A DNA stretch of 58,311 nt, filler included, from Trypethelium eluteriae (Eukaryota): the NCBI GenBank assembly GCA_051942245.1. It is 3 parts of 3 records of this genome, joined end to end, with 100 filler letters (N's around TTAATTAATTAA, not from the genome) between each part and the next. Parts side by side here need not be neighbours in the genome. Positions count along the whole stretch, not along the records: positions 1 to 19,408 come from JAVECL010000529.1; 2 more parts are not named here. One strand, written 5' to 3'. Under the pieces are notes generated by a model. The model was not told where the DNA came from, made no database searches, and saw nothing but the letters and a program-made list of their open reading frames with translations. Positions 1 through 13,331 of this stretch are shown one piece after another. Numbering within the stretch: position 1 is the stretch's first letter; every line of letters starts with the position of its first letter. A program made the translations under genes and the position numbers.

Positions 1-2126
1 GTGTTCATGCCGGCGTCGACGGGCGAGATGTAGATGTCCTTGACGACGTCGTGCCCGGGCTTGCCGACGACCGCGTATCGGCCGCGCTCGTGGAAGTAGT
101 CGAAGAGCTTGTCGAATTCTGCTTTCAGGGCGGGATCGTGACTTGCGAGGTTGAGACTTAGGACGGATACGTCGCTGGTCTTGCTATGTTGCAAGCCGCA
201 GAGGTAATTATCGGCAATCTCCTTGGCTAGTCTGCCATCTACCTCGAGTGACTGCGGTAGGAGCGAAGTGTAACCATGATACTCGGAGAGCTCGGCACCC
301 GCTGCGTGTATACCAATGGCGGGAAAGCGTGCAATAGAATTCATGTGCACGTCGCCACGCCATAGACCGGTCGGGCCCGAAGTATCAGCAGGAGAATACG
401 CTTCATCGTCTGGCTCATCACGAAGCATGCGATCGATCTCTGGGTCATCTACAGATTGCTGGATAGCCTGCGGACTCCCATTGGATTGCGGTTTGGGAAT
501 ACCAGAGCTGTGGCGTCGTGGCGGTTGGTTGAGTAGACGAGATTGCTCGGTGGGAGATTGGACGCTCGACCAGACGTTGTTGATATTGAAATTTGAAGAA
601 TCCCTCCGCTGCTGAGCCGCCGCCGTGGTGTCGATTGACGTTGGTCCCTGTGAGGCCAGATCCTGATGTGCTGTCCCTGTAGGACTAAATTGACTGTCTG
701 AAATGTTACCCATTGCGACATCTTCTGTATTTCGTCGCGCTGGTGGGGGAGGAGCATATATAGTGTCCGTTGGCCTGTCGTCTTCGATTAGCTCATCACC
801 TTTGTGCGTTTTGCGCATGCGAGGCTTCTGTTCTTCCACCAGCGTTGCCTGCTTTTCATTTTGCTCCTTGATTGCAGCCATCTCCTTTTGCCTCTCTTCA
901 GTCGCCATGTCCGACGAGGACATCGTCGAAAGCTCATCTGGTGTGAGGGAGCCTTGTAGGAGTCTGCTAAGCAGTATGGGATTGCGCTTGAGATTTGCGT
1001 TGATTTCTCGAAACTGGTTCTTATACGCTTGAGTTGGACCCGATGACGTTCCGCAATGGTTCATGAACAAGGCGTATTCTATACGTAAAGCGTGGTGATT
1101 TCCCAAAGAGTCCGCTGTCTGGCCATCTGGAATTCTGTAAGTGCCTTGTCGGGATGCTTGACGAATTTGATCTGCAATAACTTTCAGAAGGGCGTCGCCT
1201 ACAGCCCTTCGATCTTTTGGCAATTGCTTTACTTCCTGTACCAACGGAGTCTGAACATCTGGCTGGTCATGCTGTGGCACTGTAGGAGATTCCGCTTTGA
1301 TGCCAGAGGATCGCCGACGCGACTCCTTGGTGGCTTCGGAAGTTTTGCGTACTGAGCGCTCAGGAACATCCTTCGTACAGTCAGCTGCAATGTTCTGAGA
1401 TACGCTCGAGAGGCAATGAGCTCCACATACCGCTGGTTTTTCATGTCCACCTTCAACCTCCGAGAATTTGCGCTTCTTGCTATCTTCTTGCTTCTCGACG
1501 GCGGGAGTCACAGGGAGTTGAGACTCATCAACTGCTTCTGAACCAGCTTGGCTTGATCGAGCCTGCCTAGCTCCACCCTTGCCCTTTTTACCACGACTAC
1601 GCTTAGCCTTTTTCTCCTGCTCCTCATGCTCGCGCATCCTGTCTTCCCAAGGCTTCTCGCCGCGAGACATTGCAGCTAAGAGCTCTTTGTGGTTTTGTGG
1701 ACGGCATTGTTCACAATAGTAACTGTCAGGCTGCAAATGTTCTTCCTCTGGCAGTCCCATGCAAATATTGTGTTGCCATACTTCGCAACCATCACAACAT
1801 ATCATCCGGTATCCTCCCTCATCTTCTTCTGCACCACAAAGGCATCTAATAACGGAGTTGTCTTCTTCGCCATCCTCCTCAGGTGTAGGTTCAGTCGAAG
1901 CTTGTTTGGCAGTTTTGGATTTGCCTTTCTTTCCTTTTGGTTTCGCAGGAGCCTCGGGAGCTTCTTGATTCTTCGTGTGCTGGCCTTTGGTCGCTCGACC
2001 AGATCGACGCGGCTCGTCTGTGGATAGAATACATGTCAGTGGTTTCTGTGGCAGCCATGGTGCCGTAAGGTCTGGAGGATATGGTGGGCACCATGGATGT
2101 GGATTGACGCGTTGCTTACCAGCCAT
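1..2126 (-). CDS. BYE1: Transcription factor BYE1 (PHD finger + TFIIS-M + SPOC); 3' end runs off the window
   Basis: ATG at 2126, 7-nt first coding exon, intron 2119-2018 (GTAAGC..CTGAC..CAG) gives [21 protein letters not shown] finger [29 protein letters not shown]. Second intron 1430-1371. SPOC-like C-terminal part [33 protein letters not shown]. Confidence 0.88.
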   Translation of the reverse strand, partial: MAGKQRVNPHPWCPPYPPDLTAPWLPQKPLTCILSTDEPRRSGRATKGQHTKNQEAPEAPAKPKGKKGKSKTAKQASTEPTPEEDGEEDNSVIRCLCGAEEDEGGYRMICCDGCEVWQHNICMGLPEEEHLQPDSYYCEQCRPQNHKELLAAMSRGEKPWEDRMREHEEQEKKAKRSRGKKGKGGARQARSSQAGSEAVDESQLPVTPAVEKQEDSKKRKFSEVEGGHEKPAVCGAHCLSSVSQNIAADCTKDVPERSVRKTSEATKESRRRSSGIKAESPTVPQHDQPDVQTPLVQEVKQLPKDRRAVGDALLKVIADQIRQASRQGTYRIPDGQTADSLGNHHALRIEYALFMNHCGTSSGPTQAYKNQFREINANLKRNPILLSRLLQGSLTPDELSTMSSSDMATEERQKEMAAIKEQNEKQATLVEEQKPRMRKTHKGDELIEDDRPTDTIYAPPPPARRNTEDVAMGNISDSQFSPTGTAHQDLASQGPTSIDTTAAAQQRRDSSNFNINNVWSSVQSPTEQSRLLNQPPRRHSSGIPKPQSNGSPQAIQQSVDDPEIDRMLRDEPDDEAYSPADTSGPTGLWRGDVHMNSIARFPAIGIHAAGAELSEYHGYTSLLPQSLEVDGRLAKEIADNYLCGLQHSKTSDVSVLSLNLASHDPALKAEFDKLFDYFHERGRYAVVGKPGHDVVKDIYISPVDAGMN

Positions 2127-2859
2127 CCTTTTTTGTAATGTAAAGGGCTTTGTCACGCAGGTGGCGAATATATCAGATTGCAGACACGGCGCGCTCTCAA
2201 GGCTACAGAGGTTGCTACTACAGACAGAGAATGGCGAGTGCGATACTGAATGAAGTTGTAGGTAGAGCTATCACAGCCAAACGGACGCAAATTCTCCACC
2301 CTCCAAGCGCTTCTTATGGCAAGCTGAGTTGCGCCTGGAGATCCCACTGATAGCCGTGATCCTAAGCTCTGTTGTGGGATGACGCCACAGCACGCGTCGA
2401 ACATCCACCACCCGCCCTTTCCGGCAAGAATGTGCTGAGAAGTCAAAAGGCCTTCAGAAGCTGAAGAAAGCTGGTCAGTACGCGTAACCGCGAATTGGCT
2501 GTCGAGTCGCGGTGCGGAGAGATGGTGGTGCAGGCAGAAATGAGGAGGGCACAAAAGTGGAGGTGGAGGCGCAAATCTCTTTGGAATGCCGAATGGTCAC
2601 GTGATGTGTCCATCACGTCAAGGCTAGTCTACTTCGGGAAGCAACCCTCGGTGTATCTTGCTTCGCGGACTTACAGTACTTCCAAAGGTACCGCGCCACG
2701 GTACGGAGCACTTCAGAGCTACCTTCATATGGCATAGTAACCAGCACATCAAAGGGTCAGGAGCTGTTGCTAGACGTGCGTTTGCCCTATATGCCTTGCT
2801 GATATCAGGCAGAAATTCTACAGAGGATCTGGCATTCTCTTCTACAACCCACTACTAAG

Positions 2860-3759
2860 ATGGCGGACGTGCGCTCCATGCTACGCGCTGAGCGCACGGC
2901 GCGACACATCGACCACGAGGATGCCCATTATACTCCGGGAGGAATGCTCATGTGTAAAGTCTGCGAACTACCCATCAAATCCGATGCTCTATGGCCAAAA
3001 CATATTCAGTCCAAACCCCACAAGCTTCAGGCGCAGCGAAAGAGGGACAATGCGATTCCGGCACCGAGTAATAAAAAGCGCAAGGCTGCGGATGAAGAGG
3101 AGAGCGAACGCAAGAAATCTCGACCTGAGGAGCTCCAAGATCGATCGGACGAAAAGTTAGAGACCGAAGTATTAGAGTCAGAAGTACACCTAGCTCCTGC
3201 TGTCACATCCGACAATCAACCCTCTCAAGAAGATGGTCAGGAGATAGATGTTGTTTCTGCCGCTCAGCGAACAGCTGCCGTCTCTGGAACTGGGCCTGCC
3301 ACGACCGTAGAACAAACGGCGCCAAACGGAGTAGACGAAGCTGAATGGGCAGCATTCGAACGCGAAGTCGCTACACCTCCCAAAGAACCCGCTCCGGTGT
3401 CAGCGCTTAATGCCACGGCTACCATCGAAGCAGCGCCGATGTCTGCAGAAGAGATCGCAGCTCAGGCCAGGGAGGAAGCCAATACCCAGCGGGAGCGGCG
3501 AGCAGAGGAGTTGGAGGCCGAGAAAGAGGACGCGGCTCGACAACTAGAAGAAGAGCTTGATGAAATGGAAAGCTATGACGAGCGGCTCAAAAATCTTAAA
3601 GAGAAAAGGGAGGCTCTAAGGATAGGACGGGAAGAGAATGCAAGAGCTGCCGCAGAGCGAGCCTCAAAGGAAGTCTCACCTGGAGAAGATAATGAGGCGG
3701 ATTCAGATGATGATGAGTACGATGATGAATGGGACGGTTGGCATATGAGAGTAGGATGA
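2860..3759 (+). CDS. Zinc-finger/coiled-coil protein, ZNF830/CCDC16-like
   Basis: Single-exon 299-aa ORF. N-terminal CKVC..W..H...KPH zinc finger, EAEWAAFEREV motif, long acidic coiled coil. Confidence 0.75.
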   Translation: MADVRSMLRAERTARHIDHEDAHYTPGGMLMCKVCELPIKSDALWPKHIQSKPHKLQAQRKRDNAIPAPSNKKRKAADEEESERKKSRPEELQDRSDEKLETEVLESEVHLAPAVTSDNQPSQEDGQEIDVVSAAQRTAAVSGTGPATTVEQTAPNGVDEAEWAAFEREVATPPKEPAPVSALNATATIEAAPMSAEEIAAQAREEANTQRERRAEELEAEKEDAARQLEEELDEMESYDERLKNLKEKREALRIGREENARAAAERASKEVSPGEDNEADSDDDEYDDEWDGWHMRVG

Positions 3760-4187
3760 GTTGGGTCTGGGCTCGACTATGGCTTCTCGTTGGGAAAAGG
3801 GGATGTTGCCGTCCGTGTAACATCCCCATCATCACTCTTCCCACGGAGAATCCGAATCATGAGTCACTCTACAGTCCGCAATACTTCGAAGCCATTCAAT
3901 ACATTACTTTCATAGGGAATGTGTTAAAGGATCCGTGCATCGTCGACGTGGATCGATGGCAAATGCAAACCCTCGTTCAGACACCAACACTACAAACGGA
4001 TTCGTTGCACTGAAATCTTGCATTCGGACTGTTGTTCAATGGTATCAACATACTGCCTCATACCTGTCGTTCAAGCCGTCAGATCATGCGAGAGCCAGCT
4101 TCAAGTACTGCACACTTTCGATTTCGGCAGCAACAAATAGCAACATGAACAGCAAATAAAAGAAAAATCATCATATCGAACATTTAC

Positions 4188-5739
4188 TCATTGCCTCGTT
4201 GCAAACCTCATCTCCGCATTTCCCAAGTCGAATACCGCCAGGACGGTCTTCAAGAATACGTCTCCGAGAATGCTAAAGCCGTTGAAAGCATCTTGTACGC
4301 CACTCACGCACGAACCGTCCAGACCTTGTATGATCATGTCTAATGGGTTGATATTGAAGTTCTGGCCCCCGATCGTGAGGCTCCAAGATGGCGCTGTTGC
4401 ATTGCAATCAACGAACCAGGTATCAACAGTGGGGTCGTAGTTTGCTTGAGAACCGAACAGGCTATTGATGGATTTCGTCACTGGATAGGGAAGGTATATG
4501 AGTGTGGTACCACTATCGATGACTGCTTGGATGTTGGTAACATTTGGCCATCGAGAATGCGGCGACTCTTGAGGACTAGGCGCAAAACTAGTGAAACGAA
4601 TCAGCCCATTATCTTAGCTACTCATGAGGCTTAATTCGTTGATCTTACCTAGACGAGGCGTTTGGATTTGGAAATCCGTCGATGCTAATAGTGTAAAACG
4701 TGTAGTCGGGGTCGAATCGTGAGCTCCCGTTCATCTGAGGCGAACCCAGCACCTCGATCGGCACTGTTGCGAAGTCGTCCCCGTAGACGACATCTCTCGG
4801 GTCTGGCAACCCACCCAGCGTCAGGATACCTCCACTGCTCTCATCTCTTGATATTGCTAAAGTAAAGATTTGCTGCTCAATCAAACCGTGGGTGATCATA
4901 CGTATGAATATGGGCTCGTATTCTTCCTCAACCGAATCTTGCTCAGAATCCTGCTCATCACCAGCATATGCACTCGTCAGACTCGGATAAGCCAGCCCAA
5001 GGATTCCACTGGACTTCCCATCTCCGTTCCAGGCTGCGATATCTACCAATCCCACCTCTTGTGAGGGCACTGTCACATTTCCCAGACAGACTTCTTCATA
5101 GCCGACGATGCCTATCAAGACTTCACCATCACCGTAGCTGACATTGAAGTTTTGATCGGGAATTTCGGTGAAGGACGAAGAGGCGACGTACTGGGGCCCG
5201 AAGGCACATTGATCTTGCCCCTCGCGCAGGCCAGTCGTGATGGAAATGCAAGCAGATCGTTGGCGGACGACCCATGTGTCGGAGCTACCAGTGTCGATGA
5301 CAACGAGAAACGGTTCATCAGCAAACGCGATCGGAGCAAGGAAGACCTGACCCTCTACGGCGCTGGTGATTGGGATCGTGCTGTTCTGTGAACCAGGCTT
5401 TCGTTAGTGGTGTTTCTAAGCAATACAAGCAAAAGAGATTTACAGGTTCCCCAGAAGTGTCTACCGAGTTGATCCTGCGAAGGACTGAGTGGCTGATGGA
5501 CTTGGCGGATATCTTTGTGAGAGGCAAACTAATTGGTGCTTTGGCATTTGATTGGGATTGAGCTGATGCTGACAATATTTGTGGGGTCAGCAGAACCGAG
5601 GCATCTTGGATGTCATTTGAAGCAACGAACAAGATCTCATGGCCATCTTTCTGTTCCCTTCCTCCGAAGTGGGATGAGATATCACCGAGGTGGCAAAGAA
5701 AGAGCATACAATGAAAAGTACGGTGAAAATGAGAGCCAT
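4188..5739 (-). CDS. Secreted pepsin-like aspartic endopeptidase (A1), 4 exons
   Basis: Signal-peptide-like MALIFTVLFIVCSFFATSVISHP. Both catalytic motifs present (VVIDTGSSDTWV, AVIDSGTTLIYLP), plus SYGDG flap, GILGL and ILGDVFL. Introns 5630-5569, about 5443-5381 and 4648-4588 keep the frame. Confidence 0.9.
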
Positions 5740-6302
5740 GGCCGTTTCAGCAAACGAGTCTCATAGGGAGCTGAGCAGTGCAGATTCTCAATGAAAGGAA
5801 AGACTGAAATTTAAAGCGCAAAAGTCCGAGAGGATGTGTCTAATGAGTGGCTAGTGTTGAGCACGTAACGTGAGAAAGCAAGTTTTCAAGTATTGCATGC
5901 ATGCAGTTTTGGGAAATTAGCCAGGTCCCAAGCAACAGGAAGGGTTCGCATTCCCAAACTCTGTGGAACTTGGGAATGCGCTATATCAGCGGTGACGAAA
6001 CCTGGTTCCACAAAGTAGATGCACGGGAGATTACGCTCGCGTATCTGTGGTGCTGTCGTGCACCGTATGCTTGCAGGGTCACTTCACTGTGTTTCAGATC
6101 GATGGTAGCCAAGTCAGCAACACGTTCTTGTTGTGCATGTCTCTATGCCTTTGCCACCTCAGGATTCACATCCATGAAGACAGTCACAATCCTGCTGTCC
6201 GAACATTCCGTCTTTCTATATCAGTCACGATTCCTCCTTACTTTCGGCTTCACGTCTATCCACATTAGATGGGCTCACAAACCGTGCCCCGAGACCGTTC
6301 AG

Positions 6303-7453
6303 CTACCAGGCGATGCATCCTCCGTCAATTGCAATGTTGGCCCCAGCCATGAAGGACGAAGCATCAGAAGCAAGGAATACAGCCAATCCATTCAGCCCGT
6401 CCACTCTTCCGAGACGCTTTTGTGGAGTCTGAGCGATCCACATTTCTTTTTGAGCCGTGAGGTCCTTGGTGCGATTCAAAGCCGTATCCATGTATCCTGG
6501 GGTGATGGCGTTGACGCGAATATTATACCTCGCCCGTTCTGCTACAAGGTTCTTCGCAAGTTGAATAACTCCCGCCTTAGAAGCGTTGTAACTACACTGA
6601 TTCTGAGGATAGTTGACGATCGAGCCGGACATAGAGGCGATGAAGATCATGGAACCACTGATTTTCGCTTCGATCATTGCCTTGCCGACAGTCTTTGCTA
6701 TGACAAATGTGCCTCCAAGATTGGTTCCTATCTGGTGATTGAACTTATCGATGTCATATTCCTCCGCTTTGATATTCGATCTGTTAAGAACCGGAGCATC
6801 AGAACAAAGTGAACAAAGACAGACTGAGTGGACAGAGAGCTCACTCAGCTATACCGGCTGAATTGACCAAGATGTGTGGGGTGCCAAAATGGGAGACGGC
6901 ATTGCTGATGGCCTCCTTCGTTGATGCCTCATCACGCACGTCGACCTTGTAGAAGCGGATGTCGATATCAGTCTCCGCAGACAGAGCTACTACAGCTTCT
7001 TCTCCAAGCTCTCGGTTCCGATCCATGATGACCAGCCCGGAGATGCCCGACTCAAGAAGGCCCTGTGCCATACTATACCCCAAGCCACGAGCACCGCTGA
7101 GACTTTTGGTCAGTTCTAGGCTCTTTAGCCAATCTTTTCTGACTCACCCAGTGACCACCGCGATCTTCCCCTCGAGTGTGAAGCTCTGCAATGTTGGGTG
7201 GAAACCAGCGGCAAGCTGTGTATCGTACTTGGAGGTCTGTCGGAACCGCATCGCGGGACGGCGCCTTGATATTGTCGCTATCTTTCACCGTCAATCTCTC
7301 TCGTCGACGATTTTCGTGGTCGTAGGAGACAACCTCGATAACCTTTCTATCATGAAGGCTTGGCGGAGTAGAGAAGGTAAGCCTTGCAGGCATGGCGATC
7401 GATCTCATAGCGACACGGCGACTAAGAAAACGAGGAACAGACAGGTACGCCAT
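6303..7453 (-). CDS. Short-chain dehydrogenase/reductase (D-arabinitol dehydrogenase/sorbose reductase-like); N-terminal frame discontinuity
   Basis: TGGARGLG assembled across intron 7147-7097. Also NSAGIA, ASMSG, catalytic YNASK and IRVNAITPGYMDT. Nearest in-frame ATG is 7251; the upstream ATG 7453 is in another frame (see findings). Confidence 0.8.
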
Positions 7454-8127
7454 TGTTGATAGCGCAAGAATGAGCGAGAGTCAAGTGATCATGAAAGGGT
7501 AGGAGAGACTTGACAAAACCGGGACTTTTATGATGGGATAGTAAAAGAGATAAGGCGCAGAGGAATAGATGTAAGTGAATGCGTACCATCGCAAACAGCG
7601 TTCAAGACATGGACACCTACGAGACACGGGTCGTTACTAAAGTCGATTCCTTTGTGAAAAATAGCCTCTAGAAGCAAAATGTAAGTATAGTTACTCAGCT
7701 CTTTCCTACCACTATCATGAGAAAGACTGGCAGGCTTGATGCCTGTGGACTAAAGCAAAGAAATTTAACATAGAATTCACTGTTACTTACCCCACCGCTC
7801 TGTAACTAAGGACAATTAATGTAGGGTGTAAAGATGAGGCGCTCTTTAAGCTCGATCTGTTACCAAGCTTGCGGCGTTCTCAATGGAGTTGACAACACGC
7901 GACCATCTTGTACGGTCTACTCAGCCCTACATGGAATACAGAACTTTCCGAAGACATCAGCGCAAACCTGCCGTAATCCTACTCCTGCTTTTGGTTGTGC
8001 TCGTCTCTCGAAGCAACCATGAGTCATCATCAGTGCAAAGATCCCATGAAATGGTGGATATCGCCTGCTAGGATCTGCGGAAGCACGCAATAGGCCAGCT
8101 CTGCCTTGCGGTCTCTTGATCCCAGTT

Positions 8128-10155
8128 TTATGACGTGAAAGCCTTCGTACTCTGTATATTGATTTCTGGGGCCTCAGTGCTGCCTTCATCACTTACGGAG
8201 TCCCGCTGCTCAAAGCCATCGTCGGGATGAGCCCTTGACTTGTCTATTAGCTCGGTCACCTCCAGTATGGTGTATACAGCGTCTGACCTTGCCCTTTCCT
8301 TTTCATGTAGATACCGGGTCGCAAATGCCGTCATAATGAGTATCACAGACAGCACGGTGACGGTAATATATCCTTTCCGGTACTGCGGTGCATCGACCTG
8401 TTGCCAGACTATGAGCGGCAACCATGCCTGGAAAACGTAGGCCATTTCGTTCATGGAAGCAATAACAATGGCACGTTCTTCGTTGTCAGATGCGCATATC
8501 TCATGAGCCCAGCTGTAATGTAGCGATAGTCAGTTCTGAGTCACGTCCAAAAGCTGAGCGGCAATTTTGGGACTCGACCTACGCCATACAGAGACCGGAG
8601 AGGCCATAACCTGCACCGGAAATAATGAAGCAGGTCCAACGCCATCCATTGGGGATATTCCAAATAGCGAGGGAGACGTAGCAGATGATATTGATGATGC
8701 CTCCAAATACAATCGGTGGATACCTTGCGCCATCCAATACGGAATCCGATATCCACGCATACGCGAGCGTTGTAACGACTTGCACTGCGTAAGTCGTCGT
8801 TGGATAATCGTTGATTTGCCGGATCGTATACTTCGGATGCTTCGAGTCTTTTAAATATTGTGCGAATACCGGAACAGCTCCCGCTGCACCGTTGTTGAAT
8901 GTCCTATTGACGTCGTCAACAAAACAGCTTCAGCAAGTGAAACAAGACCCACACATAGAGTACGACCAAGAGGTATATATGCCATGATTTGAAGATTTTC
9001 TTCACTTTCTTTTTGGTGTACTCTGCCCGCGACCTCCGGCCTTCGAGCTCCATTCTCTTCTGCGCAAATGCAATATCCTGTACAGCTCATCAGCAACTGT
9101 CATCTTCAGGCAACAGATTCGGCCTGATTACCTCTTTAGTGAGAAAAATTGCCCTGGAATTCTCGGGAACATCGGGGAGTATCAGATAACCAGCTAACGC
9201 AATTGGAAAAGAGATGATTGCATCGACAATGAAGAGCCTAACACTAGTGAGCATAGAGCATCAGTCGATGTTCAGAAGAGGTTCGAACCACTGCCATCCT
9301 TTGAATCCTCCTCGTCCCCCTAGGTGATACACCGAGGCCATGAGGTAACCAGATATCATGGTTGCAATGGCGCTGCTGGTATGGAATATACATGAACGCT
9401 TCGCGAGCTCATCTTTGCGATACCATGAGCCGATGATGTACTGCATCCCTGGATAGAAAGTGCTTTCCGCGAGCCCTATTTGGACTCGTCAACTCCAAGC
9501 TCAAGATGCAGAAGGAAGGCTCGCCTACCAACGAAGAAGCGCAACGCGTAGATTTGTGAGACAGTGTTACATCTGGAGATGGAAATTGTGAGAACGGTCC
9601 AAATCAGCTGCATCCACAGGTCAACTCTATGATTTGGCTTCTCGGAGGAGCCCTATGAGCAAATACCTCCATCGTTGGTATCCAGATCGAGGCCCGAACA
9701 CGTGTCAGAACTATATTCGATGGGACTTCCCCAATAACGTATCCCACGGTCCAGGCTGTGGTCATGTAGTTGAGTTGGTTCTGATAAAGGCCCAGATCCT
9801 CTTTCCTATTTGCTGTGGTTAGATCAAATACAATCTTCACGGAGAGGGGCTGAAAGAGCAACGGCCACTAACATCCCTGAAACAAAAGCATTGTTGATAT
9901 TTGCTTGGTCCAAATACTTGATGAAATAGCCTATCCGATTGATTAGCATGAGCAGGAGGAGCCTCTGGCGTGTCTTTGAGGCTGACCCAGAGAAGCGAAG
10001 GTCAGGAGACAGGTGTCTAGCTTGAACAGAAATTTCCGTTCTTCTGGAGACTTATCGAAAGTATCCCAGATATAACTCTGCCATTTCCGTTTCGGCTTCT
10101 CTTGGATTATCGTCTCTGGCCTCGGAATATCCTCCCCTTCTAAAGTCGTCGGCAT
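8128..10155 (-). CDS. MFS transporter of the allantoate/pantothenate permease family (Liz1/Fen2/Seo1-like), multi-exon
   Basis: Exon fragments WDTFDKSPEERKFLFKLD, YLDQANINNAF, GYVIGEVPSN, AESTFYPGMQYIIGSWYRKDELAKRSCIF, GGFKGWQW and MNEMAYVFQAWLPLIVW, separated by canonical introns. Confidence 0.88.
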
Positions 10156-10934
10156 AGTGTAGGAAAGCCTCGGTGATCGTATCAAAGAGATGGAAGCCTG
10201 GGCGGATCTCTTTTAGGTACTGGACGAATGCAGAAAGTCTCCAAGATTGCAATTGCATAAGAACTGTTTTCCCATCAAGCAGGGTGGTGAAATCTGGCAA
10301 GACTGATATAACTAGCTAACTGCGTAGGACTCAACACCCAGCGGAGATAGGAATGGCAACACAACTGCCTAACCTTTGCTGAATTGCGTGCTCTTCGAAT
10401 TCGCCATCAATGATCTGGATTCCCCGCTATGGCTGTCTCCGGCGACAATCCGTGGGACCGTGGCGAATCGCGATCAGGCGGACCGCAAAACACGTGTACT
10501 ACAGGATGGAGTTGCCATGCAAGGTTGGCATCATACATGCAGGCTGGAAGGCCAGACGATTTCTCTGAGTCTCGCATGCGAGAAGTGCGCAGGCGGATTA
10601 CTTCCGGGATGCTGTCACGCCATCCTGACCAAGGTGGCACCAGTGGGATGATCATTGGTAACATCGCAGCACAGTCTGAACAAGATGGTTCTGTACCGAG
10701 AATCATATTCTTGCTTGAAGAACATTCGATGGACTTGACTAGTACGGGATCATTTTGATTTCTGGGAGCGACCTTTTGAGGTCTCGTGCCATAATGGTGT
10801 CGAGAAGGTAGGTCGTCGTCGTCGTCGTCGCCTCAAAAGCAAGCATTGCTTATGTCAGCGAAGTGCCGAGGGTTACCAGCAACGTGGCTCTGGGAAAAAG
10901 TAAAAAATGCTTCTATCATTGTGATCTGATCTAA

Positions 10935-12660
10935 TTATTGCGAATTTGGCTCGCTCACTGGCTTCCAAGCCCGAAGCCGTCGCACCACTTCTAGATGCGC
11001 CTCTTTGGCTCTATGCCATTGCTCTGTATGGCCACTTACTAGTTCTCCATCCACGTATCCTCCATACTGATTCACCCAATCAACCAAGGAATTCGCATAG
11101 CCTACCTCCTCGCTTTCACCACGCAAAGAATGAAATTGCCTCCCTGCGCCTTTCTTCTTAATCCTCTCTGCATACTCCTTCCTCATGCTAGCTTGATCGG
11201 GTAACTTTGCCCGTCCCGCAAAAACAGCTGCTACGGCGATAGCTTGAAACTCAAAGAGCGTGAATGTGGCAGTGTAGTATGGGGTCCCAACGAAAGCTAA
11301 GCTGGGATCCGGGATGTAAAAAATGTCCTTATGAAGATTATGGATTTGTGTGCCATCCGTGACCAGAACGGTGTCGGAGGCAGAAGCAGGATCTGCTTTA
11401 TCGTCGTGATATTGTCGCAAGAATGGATATGTGCTGTGATACCCCGTGCAAACTATGATTCGATGAATGTCACTGATCCGATGACCATTTTTGAGTATAG
11501 CATCCAAAGGAATGGGATCGGTACTTTGAAACGCTTTGGGGGCCCTCTCCGTCGAATCCTCGAAGTTGAAAGACTCGATCGCTTCGATTCGATGCCCATT
11601 TGGAGGAAGAAGCTCTGGATTGAGATCATATTGACCACCACGTGAGCTTTGGTAGATAGTTCCGGCTATCGGACCCAGTTCTCGGGCTATATCTGTGGAG
11701 GACACTCCGGCGCCAATTAGGAGAACGTTCTGAGAATCAGTATTAGCGAGATCATAATCATATCAATTGATCGAGGATTTCTGACCTGATTGCGAAAATC
11801 ATCGGGTCTTCTGTAGCCCTTGGAATGCATGATCCGCGAGGGCCATTGGGTCTTGGCTTCCGAAAGTCCAGTTATGTCGGGCACATTACACGCATGGTAG
11901 TGACCGGAAGCAACCACCACCGCGTCAAAAACCTAGTCCATGAGTTCAATATATCTTCTGAGGTTTCTGGAGACTTACCCAGTCTCTCTCAGTGCATTTC
12001 TTATGTAGTGCAATATCTCTATCTCTATCCAGAGTGATGGTTCGCACCTTCCACCCGCCAGTGTACGCTTCTACACGTTCTACGGAGGTATTGTAGATTG
12101 TAATAGCATCGACTCCGGTTTTTAAGGACGTTTCTTGGATATACGCCTTGAGTGTCGCATGCGAAACAAAGTCCTCCGTTCCATCGGGCCATCTGTTTAA
12201 CTTGGTCTCCATCAATGACGTCGGCACATTGTTCCTCAGACCAACATAGCACGGTCTACCCTGTCGAAGGAGTATAAGCTTCATCACGCACAAGAAGTAC
12301 TTTCTATCGGTCCTTACCCGGGTGGCGCATGTTTCAGTGAACTGTGTTGCTCATCCGCTTCATCGCTCAATCGTGCAGCGTCCGCTTTAAAATAGTTGAC
12401 TACAGAGGGCACATTTGATGGATACGCTGGCTCTAGTGGAGTTTGCTCGTCATATAGCCTATAATTGTCAGCGTCTTCAGATCTACGAAGAGTATGCAAT
12501 GCTGATCCATAGTCTTCAAGACATACCAAATTCCTCCGGCTGCTGGTGACCTTTCGAAGACAACGACGTCAACCCCAGCGCGCCGCAGATGTGCAGCTGT
12601 GACTACGCCACTGATCCCTGCTCCAATGACTGCAACATAAGGAGAGCTCTTTGTATCCAT
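10935..12660 (-). CDS. Flavin-containing monooxygenase (thiol-specific Fmo1-like)
   Basis: FAD motif VAVIGAGISG, VFER..AGGIW, PCYVGLRNN, VVASGHY, FMO signature variant WPSRIMHSKGYR, NADPH motif LIGAGVSS and IVCTGY. Confidence 0.9.
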
Positions 12661-13331
12661 TTTCAGTAGGGTCTCTTTGAGTTGGACTATCGGAGCTGGG
12701 AGATCATTTCGTGCAAGGCTTTTTGCTGTCGGCGTAAAGTCGTAATCGTGGACCCTTTCAGCCAAGAGATGCTCAACTCCACAAAAGATAAAACAGATTA
12801 CAAAGCCCGGATGGACATGCGATATGAGGAAGTCTGCAGGTTGTTGTGGTGTCAAAAGCAGTGACCCTCAACGGATCTGTAGCCGTACATCCGCTCGAGG
12901 TCCAGAATCCTGCCCAAGCCCGCGACGATTTTGCATGTACATAGAAAGCTACTGCAATGGCCAAAGGCTTTTAGATAGCGAAATGGGTCACAAGATGTAT
13001 GCCGTGATAGTCGCATAGATGGTGTGCCGCAGCGCTGAAGTCATCGAGGCAATCGATCTGCCGGAAATGCCAGCCAAAGTATTTCCAGACTCGACCATAC
13101 CGAACTTGATTTTTTTGGGCGACGCTGCAAGAATGAGAGGTAACTCCATCCACTTAGAATGCGCCATGCTAAGCAATGATGGTGTGATTGATTGACCCCA
13201 CTTCAACGTTACGAGTCAAAACGCGGTCCGACAGGGAGCCGCGTGATAGGCGACAAACAGCATAAAATAAGGAACGCAGAACGAGAGATTGTTTCCGGAT
13301 TCGCAGCATAGACGTTGGAAACACTATTATC

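Noticed and set aside
5901..6812. 303-aa plus-strand ORF
   Set aside because: Antisense shadow of the SDR gene.
10773..10839. Imperfect inverted repeat (CTTTTGAGG..CCTCAAAAG) around a (GTC)n microsatellite
   Set aside because: Too short to distinguish from chance; no second copy in the window to suggest a MITE.
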